DNA of 64,000 nt from a candidate division Kazan bacterium RIFCSPHIGHO2_01_FULL_44_14 (GTDB lineage: Bacteria > Patescibacteriota > Kazan-3B-28), in NCBI GenBank assembly GCA_001771185.1, contig METB01000001.1, forward strand, positions 439,200 through 503,199, written 5' to 3'. This document shows positions 1 through 9,352 of this stretch, in pieces. The notes below the pieces were generated by a model that searched no databases, was not told where the DNA came from, and saw nothing but the letters and a program-made list of their open reading frames with translations. Positions within the stretch are counted from its first letter, which is position 1, and each line of letters opens with the position of its first letter. The position numbers and the translations under genes were made by a program.

Positions 1-2
1 AA

Positions 3-1022
3 GTGATTGTAGATAAGGAGGGGGCTAGTTGGACGATACCAAAGCGAGCGTCGATGGTGATTAAACGCGATATCTTGTCGGAGTGGATAGAACACATATT
101 ATCGTTTGCAAAAATTGATGGGTTGAAACCATTAAAGATAGTAGTGGACGCTGGCAATGGGGTGGCGGGACCGATTGTCCGAGAGTTATTTGTACAACTT
201 AACCAAGGGAAAGAGCGAGATACCCGTACCGAGCTTATCGAGGTATATTTCGAGCCAGACGGTAATTTCCCGCATCATTTGCCAAGCCCGATTGAGCCAA
301 AAAATGTGGAGGATTTGTGTAAGAAAGTGGTTGAAGAGAAGGCGGATTTAGGGATGGCGTTTGACGGTGATGCCGACCGACTGTTTTTGGTAGATAACAA
401 TGGGCAATGGGTGAATGGTTCGGAAATGACCGCGTTGGTGATGGATGCGATTTTAACAGAGGATTCAACTCGGACGGTGTTGTATAATGCGATTTGCGGT
501 TGGAATGTTCGAGATGTAATCGAACGACACAGGGCTAAAGCATTGCGTACGCGTGTTGGGCATGGGTTTATCAAAAATGACATGAAAACCTATGGTGCCT
601 TTTTTGCCGGCGAACACTCTGGGCATTATTTCTTTCAAGACAATTACGGTTGTGATTCCGGGTTAATTGCGGCAATGCTGGTTTTGTCATTGATAGCAGA
701 GACGAATCGGTCGCTAATAGAATTATTGGTGCCACATCGGAGATATTTTCAGATTCCAGAGACAAACTTTGAAGTGACCGACATCAAAGTGGCTTTAAAT
801 AAACTAGCAGAAAGATTCCAACATGAAGAACTTGATTGGTTAGATGGATTAACAATTAAAACACTTGAGTGGTGGGCGAATATTCGGCCAAGCCAAACTC
901 AACCGTTGTTGCGGTTGAATGTTGAAGCGACCACTCCAGAAATTCTGGAGCGGGTGACAGCCGAGCTGACTGGATTCATCACAATGGGTCATCCTGAACT
1001 GGTTTCAGGATCTAGATGCTGA
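3..1022 (+). CDS. phosphomannomutase/phosphoglucomutase, 5'-truncated by window
   Basis: DGDADR metal loop, GEHSGH sugar-binding motif, C-terminal IRPSQTQPLLR phosphate-binding region. Confidence 0.92.
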   Translation: MIVDKEGASWTIPKRASMVIKRDILSEWIEHILSFAKIDGLKPLKIVVDAGNGVAGPIVRELFVQLNQGKERDTRTELIEVYFEPDGNFPHHLPSPIEPKNVEDLCKKVVEEKADLGMAFDGDADRLFLVDNNGQWVNGSEMTALVMDAILTEDSTRTVLYNAICGWNVRDVIERHRAKALRTRVGHGFIKNDMKTYGAFFAGEHSGHYFFQDNYGCDSGLIAAMLVLSLIAETNRSLIELLVPHRRYFQIPETNFEVTDIKVALNKLAERFQHEELDWLDGLTIKTLEWWANIRPSQTQPLLRLNVEATTPEILERVTAELTGFITMGHPELVSGSRC

Positions 1023-1066
1023 AACCCCTTGGTAAAAACTTGGGACATCGTAAATTAAGCATAACA
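988..1066. repeat. GTCAT-tagged palindromic repeat doublet (second half interrupted)
   Basis: gtcatcctgaactggtttcaggatct at 988-1013 is identical to 23919-23944 and similar to 6924-6949. Confidence 0.8.
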
Positions 1067-1071
1067 TCGGG

Positions 1072-2058
1072 TTAGGCCACTAATCCAAGCTTCTGCTTAA
1101 CTTCTTTTAGGGTCTGACTGGCGATTTTATCGGCGCGCTTAGCACCACTCTTAAGTACCTGGTCGAGCAAGCGCTTGTTTTTCATGTAGTACTCAATTTT
1201 TTTCTGAAGCGGAGTGAGCTTATCAATAATCAAATCGGCTAGTTCGCGCTTAAGATTGCTATATCCTTTTCTGATAAAGTGTTTTTCGATCTGGGCCTCG
1301 GTTTTGCCAGAGAAGAGTTGATAGATGGTCAGGAGGTTATAGAGACCTGCTCGTTTGGGGTCAAATTTTATTACGGTTCCAGAATCAGTAGTAGCCCGCA
1401 TAATTTTTTTGCGGATAATTTCCGGGCTGTCGGTCAGGGCGATGTAGTTAGCTGGCCCGGCACTCTTGCTCATTTTTTTAGAGGGGTCATCTAACCCCAT
1501 AATTCTGGCACCACTTTTGCGGATGATAGGTTCTGGAATAGCGAAAGTTTTACCGAATCGGTTATTAAATCTCTGGGCCAAATTTCGGGCTAGTTCGACA
1601 TGTTGTTTTTGGTCTTCACCGACTGGAACAAGGTTAGTGCCGTACAATAGAATGTCGGCTGCCATTAGTACGGGGTAGTCAAATAGCCCAACTGATGCAT
1701 TGTCACTGCCAGTTTTGGTCTTATCTTTGAACTGGGTCATCCGCAATAGTTCGCCCGTGTGGGTAACGGTGTTTAAAACCCAGGCCAATTCGGTATGAGC
1801 GGGAACCTGGGACTGAACAAAGATGATGGAGTTTTTGGGATTAATCCCAGCCGCCAAATAAATCGCGGCGGTGCGATAGGTATTCTCTTTTAGAGATTTA
1901 GGATCTTGGGGAACGGTGATGGCATGCAAATCAACCACGCAAAAGATATTGGCATATTTATCTTGTCCGTCCACCCATTGCTGGATGGCTCCGAGGTAAT
2001 TGCCGATATGGATAACCCCACTGGGCTGGATACCTGAAAAGGCGACTTTTTTGCTCAT
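1072..2058 (-). CDS. trpS: tryptophan--tRNA ligase
   Basis: SGIQPSG..HIGNY, VPVGEDQKQH and KMSKS motifs. Confidence 0.97.
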   Translation of the reverse strand: MSKKVAFSGIQPSGVIHIGNYLGAIQQWVDGQDKYANIFCVVDLHAITVPQDPKSLKENTYRTAAIYLAAGINPKNSIIFVQSQVPAHTELAWVLNTVTHTGELLRMTQFKDKTKTGSDNASVGLFDYPVLMAADILLYGTNLVPVGEDQKQHVELARNLAQRFNNRFGKTFAIPEPIIRKSGARIMGLDDPSKKMSKSAGPANYIALTDSPEIIRKKIMRATTDSGTVIKFDPKRAGLYNLLTIYQLFSGKTEAQIEKHFIRKGYSNLKRELADLIIDKLTPLQKKIEYYMKNKRLLDQVLKSGAKRADKIASQTLKEVKQKLGLVA

Positions 2059-2112
2059 AATGTTTGTCTAATTTACAACTCCACGATACCATAAAAGCAC
2101 TCTTTTACTTCT

Positions 2113-2994
2113 ATGAAGGACGCTCTTATCCCTCTGATTTTCTTTGCTCAATTCGATCGGCCGTTGACTCTAAGGGAACTTCGACGCTATGGATGGGGGG
2201 GAGAGTTGGATGTGAACGAGTTGAAGCAAATTATTAAAAAAAGCGACATGCATTGGTCGGGTGAGTTTTGTTATGTGGACGAAACTCATATCCATGAGTA
2301 CGCTCGGCGGCGCGAATTGGCCAAAAAGTTTTGGCAACGAGTACGGCAGAGCCGATGGATATTTGCCAATGTACCGTTTATTAAACTGGTCGCAGTTGGT
2401 AATACATTGGCTTATGATAATGTGCACGAGAATTCCGATATTGATTTGTTTGTGGTGACAAGGGCTAGGCGGGTGTGGACGGCTCGAGCGATTTTACTGT
2501 TGTGGCTAAGTTTCTTAGGCCTAAGAGTGCGGTCAGTAAAAAAGTATTTATTATTTTCGCCAGAGTTCTTTGTAGATGAGACCGCGCTGGACTTATCGCT
2601 CTGTGCGATTGCTAACGATTATTATTTGGCCTATTGGTTAGCTGACTTGGTCCCGGTTTGGCAAACGGACTACTTTGAAACGATTTGGTCGGCCAACAAA
2701 TGGCTGAAGGATAAATTGCCGGTGGCATATCGAAGTCCTAACCGACGACCGGAATTTGACAAGCCAATGCGACCGTCTTGGTTTGCTTGGGGATTGGAGA
2801 AGATTTTGGTCGGCAAGTTCGGTGATAGGATAGAAGCGTGGGTGCGAATCAAACAGCAGCGGATTATTGAACGAAATAAACAAAAGTTAGGGATTAATCC
2901 AAGCGTGATAGCCGATGACCATGTTGTCAAAATCCATTTCAATGACCGACGAGCGGAAGTCCGAGAACGAATCGAAGAATTTCTGGCTGGATAA
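2113..2994 (+). CDS. hypothetical protein with nucleotidyltransferase-like motif
   Basis: GNTLAYDN...SDIDLFVV resembles the Pol-beta superfamily G[SG]..DxD signature. Confidence 0.6.
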   Translation: MKDALIPLIFFAQFDRPLTLRELRRYGWGGELDVNELKQIIKKSDMHWSGEFCYVDETHIHEYARRRELAKKFWQRVRQSRWIFANVPFIKLVAVGNTLAYDNVHENSDIDLFVVTRARRVWTARAILLLWLSFLGLRVRSVKKYLLFSPEFFVDETALDLSLCAIANDYYLAYWLADLVPVWQTDYFETIWSANKWLKDKLPVAYRSPNRRPEFDKPMRPSWFAWGLEKILVGKFGDRIEAWVRIKQQRIIERNKQKLGINPSVIADDHVVKIHFNDRRAEVRERIEEFLAG

Positions 2995-4315
2995 AATCGA
3001 GGCAGTAATGGTGTGGCTATCGGTATTTTTATTGCCGTGGCAACTAAGGCATACGGTGATGTTTGCGACTATTAATGGCGGATATTTTGAATATGGCTCG
3101 TGGCATATTTATGCGACAGACTTAGTTATAATCGCGCTACTGGTTTGTTGGGTCTTGCGACCAGATAAAAAGTTTTTTGCTGGGCCTAGATGGCTGAGTG
3201 CACCACTTCTAACTTTGTTGGTGTGGATGACACTGTCGGTTAGTTGGGCGGTGGATAAGCCGTTGGCAATGATTACGGCAGGACACTGGTGGTTGGCGTA
3301 TTTGTGGTATTTGTATTTGTTAAATCGGATTCAAGCAATTAGTCAATTAATTCGTCCGCTGATGTGGGGGGTGGGATTACAAGCGCTGTGGGGAGTGGTT
3401 CAATATTTTCTGAACCAGTCGTTGGGGTTTCCCTGGTTGGGCGAATCAATTTTGAACGCTCAAGTGTCTGGCATTCCAGTGGTTATGGCTAATGGGGTGC
3501 GTCAACTGCGAGCCCATGGGATGTTGCCTCACGCTAATATGTTGGGTGGGTTATTAGCGGTGGCAACTCCAGTGTTGATTTATTACTACACCACATTAGA
3601 GCGGTCTAAGTTGAGTCGTCAGTTGGTCCAGATTATCATGCTAGTGGTAGTTGGAGTAGGATTGTCATTCGCTCGTGGAGCATGGTTAGTATTGGGGGTA
3701 GGTTTATTGGTGGTGATTATTTTGGGTTGGTCCGCCAAAAGGGAGGAGCACAATTCGGCGGACAAGCGGTGGAGGAATCGGCGTCAATTTAATATCGCTG
3801 GGGGAGCGTTATTACTTTTTGGTCTGGTTCTTGCTACCCAATATCAATTTGTAATTAATCGGTTTGACTTGTCAGATAGGTTAGAACAGCGCTCGGTTGA
3901 AGAGCGAATTACTGGGGTAACTAATTGGGAAAAGATAGCTGGTCAGTACATGGTTCGAGGGGCGGGGATTGGTGGCTATACGGTGGCTTTGCAAAAACTC
4001 GATAGCACTCAACCGGTCTGGTGGTACCAACCAGTTCATAATGTTTATTTGCTGATGATAGGTGAGTTAGGTGTAGTGGGAGTAGCGATTTGGGCGTGGT
4101 TGATTGCAGTTCTGGTTTGGGTGCAGGTGAAGTGGTTGCGTTTTAAAGAGAATTGGTTGCTGGTTCTGCCGATTGACGCTTGGTTGGCTCTGGGGTTGGT
4201 AGATCATTGGCTGGTATCGCTCCAGCAAGGTAGATTACTTCTGTTTCTGGCTCTGGTATTGATTATTTTAGTGGATAGAGTATCTTTGATTAAGCCAGAA
4301 AGTAAACTATACTAA
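2915..4315 (+). CDS. O-antigen ligase (Wzy_C) family membrane protein
   Basis: many TM segments; RAHGMLPHANMLGG, SFARGAW, GAGIGGY and PVHNVYL motifs. Confidence 0.85.
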   Translation: MTMLSKSISMTDERKSENESKNFWLDKIEAVMVWLSVFLLPWQLRHTVMFATINGGYFEYGSWHIYATDLVIIALLVCWVLRPDKKFFAGPRWLSAPLLTLLVWMTLSVSWAVDKPLAMITAGHWWLAYLWYLYLLNRIQAISQLIRPLMWGVGLQALWGVVQYFLNQSLGFPWLGESILNAQVSGIPVVMANGVRQLRAHGMLPHANMLGGLLAVATPVLIYYYTTLERSKLSRQLVQIIMLVVVGVGLSFARGAWLVLGVGLLVVIILGWSAKREEHNSADKRWRNRRQFNIAGGALLLFGLVLATQYQFVINRFDLSDRLEQRSVEERITGVTNWEKIAGQYMVRGAGIGGYTVALQKLDSTQPVWWYQPVHNVYLLMIGELGVVGVAIWAWLIAVLVWVQVKWLRFKENWLLVLPIDAWLALGLVDHWLVSLQQGRLLLFLALVLIILVDRVSLIKPESKLY

Positions 4316-4319
4316 ACCT

Positions 4320-4709
4320 ATGGAAGAGAACTATCAATCAATTACACCTGAACCGCGTCGGGTTTCATCTGGAGGAGAAGACAAAGTCTTTGCGGCTTTG
4401 AGTTATATTTCGATTCTGTTCGTGGTTCCATTGATTTTAAAGCACGAAAACGACGATATTTATTTTCATGCCAAACAGGGGATGGTGTTGTTTCTATCTG
4501 AAGTGGTGATTTGGTTTGTGCTGTTTATGCTGGAATCATTTATTGTGGCGCTGTTACCGCGAACCACTTTCAGTTTAACGGCTTGGTTGGGAGCAGTGGC
4601 CTGGATGTTGTTTGTGGTGCTTAGCGTCGCCGGTGTCTATAATGCTCTGGTGGGAAAGCGCTGGGAGATACCAATTCTGGGACGGATTGCCAAGAGTGTA
4701 GAAGTTTGA
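4320..4709 (+). CDS. DUF4870-like small membrane protein
   Basis: AALSY..FHAKQG..IPILG pattern, three TM helices. Confidence 0.75.
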   Translation: MEENYQSITPEPRRVSSGGEDKVFAALSYISILFVVPLILKHENDDIYFHAKQGMVLFLSEVVIWFVLFMLESFIVALLPRTTFSLTAWLGAVAWMLFVVLSVAGVYNALVGKRWEIPILGRIAKSVEV

Positions 4710-4963
4710 AGAAAATTTATCCAATTTATTCCAATCTCACCCCTACTCCGCTAAAGCTTCGAAGGGTCTACGACAATCTAACCAATGGGGTGGGGTTGAA
4801 GGTGAAGAGTATGGTATATTCGAGCAACAGGGGCCGTTGGCTTCCGACTACGCTCATAAGCTTTGTCGGACTTTGCAGTTGGTAGAGCGGTTCGACACTT
4901 CGGTCGGACAGGTCATCGGTTTTTCAGTTGATTGGTAGTGTGTTTTATAATAGATCTGACTAT

Positions 4964-5038
4964 GGGCCGTTAGCGAAGTGGTAACGCGCCTCCCTGGCAG
5001 GGAGGAGATCACCGGTTCGAATCCGGTACGGTCCACCA
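4964..5038 (+). tRNA. tRNA-Ala(GGC)
   Basis: full cloverleaf, CCTCC-CTGGCAG-GGAGG anticodon arm, G3:U70 pair, encoded CCA. Confidence 0.96.
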
Positions 5039-5042
5039 AAAC

Positions 5043-5076
5043 CAAAATTGCCCCAGCGGGGCGATTTTTGTTTTTA
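5043..5076 (+). terminator. intrinsic terminator after tRNA-Ala
   Basis: aaaattgcccc-agc-ggggcgattttt hairpin plus T tract. Confidence 0.7.
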
Positions 5077-5174
5077 TGGGATTGGCGGATGAGAATCGGA
5101 GGTTCGCTCGCGATGCTGCTTATATAAATTTGTTGTCTTCCTTGTTGCAGCGAGCGCAGGGCCCCTGTAGCCAA

Positions 5175-5202
5175 CAGGGAAATCATCCGGTACGGTCCAC
5201 CA
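5175..5202 (+). repeat. direct repeat containing last 18 nt of tRNA-Ala (copy 2)
   Basis: atccggtacggtccacca at 5185-5202 equals 5021-5038. Confidence 0.9.
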
Positions 5203-5359
5203 CGAACTATTCGCTTCGCTCAAGTTCATGGCGCAGCCACGAACGAAAATAGTATAAGGCGAATAGTGAGTGCCGTGTACCGGAAGCGCCAGCTGACTGG
5301 TACGGGGCGGTGTTCTGTACTCGAGTGTAGCGAGTAGTACGGGACTATATAATACAAAT

Positions 5360-5623
5360 ATGTATTATGTTTACGTACTTCGTAGCCAAATAGACGGTAA
5401 GTTGTATGTTGGTTTTACCGAGGATCTCAAGAAACGACTAATAGCCCATAATTCTGGTAAGAATCTATCAACTCAAACTCGTAAACCATTAGACCTTATA
5501 TTTTACGAAGCTTTTATAAACAAGTTCGATGCCTTGCGTCGTGAGCGATATTTTAAAACCACAAAGGAAAAAGTTACTTTGGTTCAGATGTTGAGAGAGT
5601 ATAGTGGGGTGTCTAGGGCCTAG
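5360..5623 (+). CDS. stand-alone GIY-YIG nuclease
   Basis: YYVYVL..LYVGFT..RL..HN..E..A..RE pattern, 87 aa. Confidence 0.9.
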   Translation: MYYVYVLRSQIDGKLYVGFTEDLKKRLIAHNSGKNLSTQTRKPLDLIFYEAFINKFDALRRERYFKTTKEKVTLVQMLREYSGVSRA

Positions 5624-5628
5624 ACCAG

Positions 5629-5656
5629 CAGGGAAATCATCCGGTACGGTTTACCA
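5629..5656 (+). repeat. direct repeat containing tRNA-Ala 3' end (copy 3, two mismatches)
   Basis: cagggaaatcatccggtacggtttacca matches 5175-5202 at 26/28. Confidence 0.85.
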
Positions 5657-5688
5657 TATAGAAAGTCGCTCCAAGAGCGAAGTTTAGC

Positions 5689-5717
5689 TTGACATAGGAA
5701 ACTACTAATAGTAGGAT
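5689..5717 (+). promoter_or_regulatory. sigma70-like promoter
   Basis: TTGACA-17bp-TAGGAT, then AGGAGG before ATG 5747. Confidence 0.65.
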
Positions 5718-5746
5718 GCAACCATCTTGTACCTAGGAGGTTTGTA

Positions 5747-6061
5747 ATGTCAGCTATACGGAAACAAGTGAAGCCGCTGGTTTACCCAGTCGACTTTATT
5801 CAAGCGGTGAAGGATGAGTTTCCTGACTGGAAGGAACTTCATCAATCGCTCAACAGTAATGGTGTCATCGTAGGGCGCTATCTGGATGATTCTCAGCAGG
5901 GTGGAGGTATCACCTCCGAGGAGCTCATCGAGGCGTTGGATGCAGGAGGTACTGGCACTGATGCTATGAGTAAATTGCGTCAGAAGGCGGAACAGCATAT
6001 CCGCCGTCAGAAGCTCTATGTGTGGTGGAGTAAACTCTGTCACGACTGCCTGGAGGAGTAG
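5747..6061 (+). CDS. hypothetical protein
   Basis: 104 aa ORF with promoter, SD and downstream hairpin terminator at about 6092-6120. Confidence 0.65.
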   Translation: MSAIRKQVKPLVYPVDFIQAVKDEFPDWKELHQSLNSNGVIVGRYLDDSQQGGGITSEELIEALDAGGTGTDAMSKLRQKAEQHIRRQKLYVWWSKLCHDCLEE

Positions 6062-6208
6062 AACAGGTTTATCTGGTTGCTTCTTCTAATCAGACCCCTT
6101 GGGCAAGGGTCTTTTCTTTTGCCAAATCTCCTAATATAAGTTGCTACCTTCTCTGAAGTACTTCATCAGAACCACCGGTCTGGTAGCTTTTTGTTATGAT
6201 AAACCCAT

Positions 6209-8665
6209 ATGAAAGAGGAGCACTTTAATCACCAGACCATCGAGGCCAAGTGGCAAAAATATTGGAGCAAAGAAAAACTGTTTACGGCCAAAACCGGCGA
6301 TAAACAGTCGAAGGTCTATGTTTTAGATATGTTTGCTTATCCTTCGGGTGATGGGTTGCATGTCGGACATCCCAAGGGGTATATCGCTACGGATATTTTT
6401 GCGCGCTATTATCGAATGCGGGGGATGAATGTACTTCGACCAATTGGCTGGGATGCCTTTGGTCTGCCGGCCGAGAACTATGCGATTAAAGTGGGCAAAC
6501 CGCCAGCCGAGACGACCGAGGTTAATATCAAACGGTTTACCAAGCAACTAAAGTCGCTTGGGTTCGTGTATGACTGGGAGCGAGAGATCAACACCTCCAA
6601 GCCGGACTATTATAAATGGACCCAGTGGCTGTTTAAGATTTTATACGACAACGGTTATGCCTATCAAAAGGAGGCCCATGCCAACTGGTGTCCTAGTGAT
6701 CAGACGGTACTTGCGAATGAGCAGGTGGTAAATGGCTGTTGTGAGCGATGTGGGACGCAAGTTGAGCAGAAACAATTGAAGCAGTGGTTTTTTAAAATTA
6801 CCGAGTTTGCCGAGGAACTATTGGCGGGTCTGAATAAAGTTGACTGGCCGGAATCGACCAAAGTCGGACAGCGGAATTGGATTGGACGCTCTGAAGGAGC
6901 TTCGTTAAAATTCCAAGTTGTCCGTCATCCTGAATTTATTTCAGGATCTAAAGTTGAGATGCTGAATCAAGTTCAGCATGACGAGCTAAACATCGAAGTG
7001 TTTACCACGCGGGCGGATACTATTTTTGGGGCGACTTATTTGGTATTGGCACCGGAACATCCAATAATTAAAAATGAAAAATTAAAAATTAAAAATTTGG
7101 AGGAAGTTATCCAATACATAGAAACAACTAAGAAAAAAAGTGAGCTTGAAAGACAAATCCAGAAAGAGAAAACAGGTGTTCAGTTGGAAGGAGTAATGGC
7201 AATCAACCCAGCGACTGGACAAGAGATTCCGATTTGGATTGCAGATTATGTGTTGATGAATTATGGGACGGGAGCAATTATGGCGGTGCCGGCGCATGAC
7301 GAGCGGGATTTTGAATTTGCGAAGAAATTTAATTTGCCAATTATTAGAGTAATCGAAGGGGGAGAATTACCTTTTGTTGGCCAAGGCCAGTTAGTAAATT
7401 CAGGAATTTTCAGCGGTAAGAACTCTTTGGCATTAATGGCGGATATGGCCGAGAAATTTGGCGGGAAATTAAAAGTACAGTACAAATTACATGACTGGCT
7501 GATTTCTCGTCAGCGGTATTGGGGAGCACCAATACCAGTGGTTTATAAACCACTGGAAATATCAAATTCCAAATCTCAAATACCAAATGGAGAAGAGGGG
7601 TGGAAAGTGGTATCGGTGGACGAGAAGGATTTGCCGGTGATGCTGCCAACGGATGTAGATTTTAAACCAACAGGTGAATCGCCTCTTGCTAATTCAAAAA
7701 CTTTCCAGACGGGAGTAGAAAAAAAATACGGCAGAGGGGCATATCGAGAACTGGACACGATGGACACCTTTGTGTGTTCGTCATGGTATTTTTTGCGCTA
7801 TTGCGATTCTAACAACGACAAAGAATTCGTTAGTGGGAAAGCGCTGAAATATTGGATGCCAGTGGATTTGTATATTGGTGGAGCAGAACATACTAACGGG
7901 CATTTGTTGTATGCTAGATTTATCACCAAGGTTTTGTATAAACTAGGATATTTGGACTTTGACGAACCATTTTTGAAGTTGCGCCACCAAGGATTAATCT
8001 TGGCACCGGATGGTGAGAAGATGAGTAAGAGCAGAGGCAATGTGATAAATCCAGATAATTTAATTGCCAGATACGGCGCCGACACTTTGAGAATGTACGA
8101 AATGTTTATGGGTCCGTTTGATCAGACGGTGGCCTGGGATACTAATGGTGTGACGGGGGTCCGCAAATTTTTAGAGCGAGCATACAAGCTAGTAAAAGAC
8201 CGTAAAGATGAACTGGCAGTAGATGATGTGTCAATCAACCGATTGGTCAAAAAAGTGACCGAGGATATTGCCGAGATGAAATTTAATACGGTAGTGAGTA
8301 GTATGATGGAATTTATTAACGATATGAGCCGAGTGCCAGATGGCGGATGGGCTGAATCATTTGTACAAGTACTAGCTCCGTTTGCACCGCACTTAGCCGA
8401 AGAAATGTGGCAGAATATTTTAGGATATAAAACTAGCGTGTTTGAGTCGGCCTGGCCAACTTTTGACAAAAATAAAATTGCTCACAGTACGGTCGTAATC
8501 GCAGTTCAAGAAAATGGCAAACTGCGAGGGACGGTTAATCTTCCGGCGGGGGCATCAAAAGAAGATGTGTTGTTGGCAGTCAATCAAGACGAGCGATTGG
8601 CCAAGATCGCCAAATCGGCCAAGCGCGAAATATTTGTGCCGGATAAAATTATTAATTTTATTTGA
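6209..8665 (+). CDS. leuS: leucine--tRNA ligase
   Basis: MFAYPSG..HVGH, GTGAIMAVPAHD editing motif, KMSKS. Confidence 0.98.
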   Translation: MKEEHFNHQTIEAKWQKYWSKEKLFTAKTGDKQSKVYVLDMFAYPSGDGLHVGHPKGYIATDIFARYYRMRGMNVLRPIGWDAFGLPAENYAIKVGKPPAETTEVNIKRFTKQLKSLGFVYDWEREINTSKPDYYKWTQWLFKILYDNGYAYQKEAHANWCPSDQTVLANEQVVNGCCERCGTQVEQKQLKQWFFKITEFAEELLAGLNKVDWPESTKVGQRNWIGRSEGASLKFQVVRHPEFISGSKVEMLNQVQHDELNIEVFTTRADTIFGATYLVLAPEHPIIKNEKLKIKNLEEVIQYIETTKKKSELERQIQKEKTGVQLEGVMAINPATGQEIPIWIADYVLMNYGTGAIMAVPAHDERDFEFAKKFNLPIIRVIEGGELPFVGQGQLVNSGIFSGKNSLALMADMAEKFGGKLKVQYKLHDWLISRQRYWGAPIPVVYKPLEISNSKSQIPNGEEGWKVVSVDEKDLPVMLPTDVDFKPTGESPLANSKTFQTGVEKKYGRGAYRELDTMDTFVCSSWYFLRYCDSNNDKEFVSGKALKYWMPVDLYIGGAEHTNGHLLYARFITKVLYKLGYLDFDEPFLKLRHQGLILAPDGEKMSKSRGNVINPDNLIARYGADTLRMYEMFMGPFDQTVAWDTNGVTGVRKFLERAYKLVKDRKDELAVDDVSINRLVKKVTEDIAEMKFNTVVSSMMEFINDMSRVPDGGWAESFVQVLAPFAPHLAEEMWQNILGYKTSVFESAWPTFDKNKIAHSTVVIAVQENGKLRGTVNLPAGASKEDVLLAVNQDERLAKIAKSAKREIFVPDKIINFI
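6923..6983. repeat. inverted CGTCAT hairpin doublet within leuS
   Basis: cgtcatcctgaatttatttcaggatct-7bp-agatgctgaatcaagttcagcatgacg. Confidence 0.85.
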
Positions 8666-8668
8666 CTA

Positions 8669-9292
8669 ATGAACGAGGATGAAATAACTCAACCTGACTT
8701 TGAAGTGGAAACCGAATGGAAGCGAGTAACTATATTGCTTAATCGTAAAGACGAACCGGCCTTGAGCATGGCGGTATTGGAAGCTCACAAGATTTTTCGC
8801 CAGATATTGAACGAGGTAAGTTTTGGGGGAACGATTGATGACCAAATTCACAACGCCGGAGAATTATTTAAGGACATCAATGGAGTTTTGGCAGCTGACT
8901 TGGTCCAACAGCATATTGTTGAGCAAGTCGGACATCGAATTACCAAAGCCGATGCCCAAACTGCTTGCGACGCGCTGATGAAGGCGATCTTGGATATGGT
9001 GGGGCGGGATTTTGAACTGCAGGGATTTTGGCATCGCTGGGCGAATGGGTTGAATTATTTCTGGGGTCATCATCCCCGGTTACTGGCTGGACTGCTGGCT
9101 GGGATTTTGGCTTTCGTAGTTTTAATTTGGTTTTTGGCTGACACTCTAATGGGTCAGTGGGTGGCGTCTCTCTTAGTTGGGTTCGCCCATTTTATTTTGG
9201 GCTGGTCTGGGCTGATTATCGGGCTGGTAGTGGCGATTATTATTTCTCTGGCGATTGGGTTAACCTATGCCGATCGACAGCGTCGGCGCTAG
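8669..9292 (+). CDS. hypothetical membrane protein
   Basis: 207 aa, C-terminal hydrophobic helices, coupled to leuS. Confidence 0.7.
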   Translation: MNEDEITQPDFEVETEWKRVTILLNRKDEPALSMAVLEAHKIFRQILNEVSFGGTIDDQIHNAGELFKDINGVLAADLVQQHIVEQVGHRITKADAQTACDALMKAILDMVGRDFELQGFWHRWANGLNYFWGHHPRLLAGLLAGILAFVVLIWFLADTLMGQWVASLLVGFAHFILGWSGLIIGLVVAIIISLAIGLTYADRQRRR

Positions 9293-9352
9293 TTAGGGCT
9301 AGGTGATACAATAAGAAGTACCAAAATTACCCGAATAATAGGAGGTGGGGCA

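Noticed and set aside
4854-5186. 110-aa minus-strand ORF
   Set aside because: Antisense reading of tRNA-Ala and its terminator.
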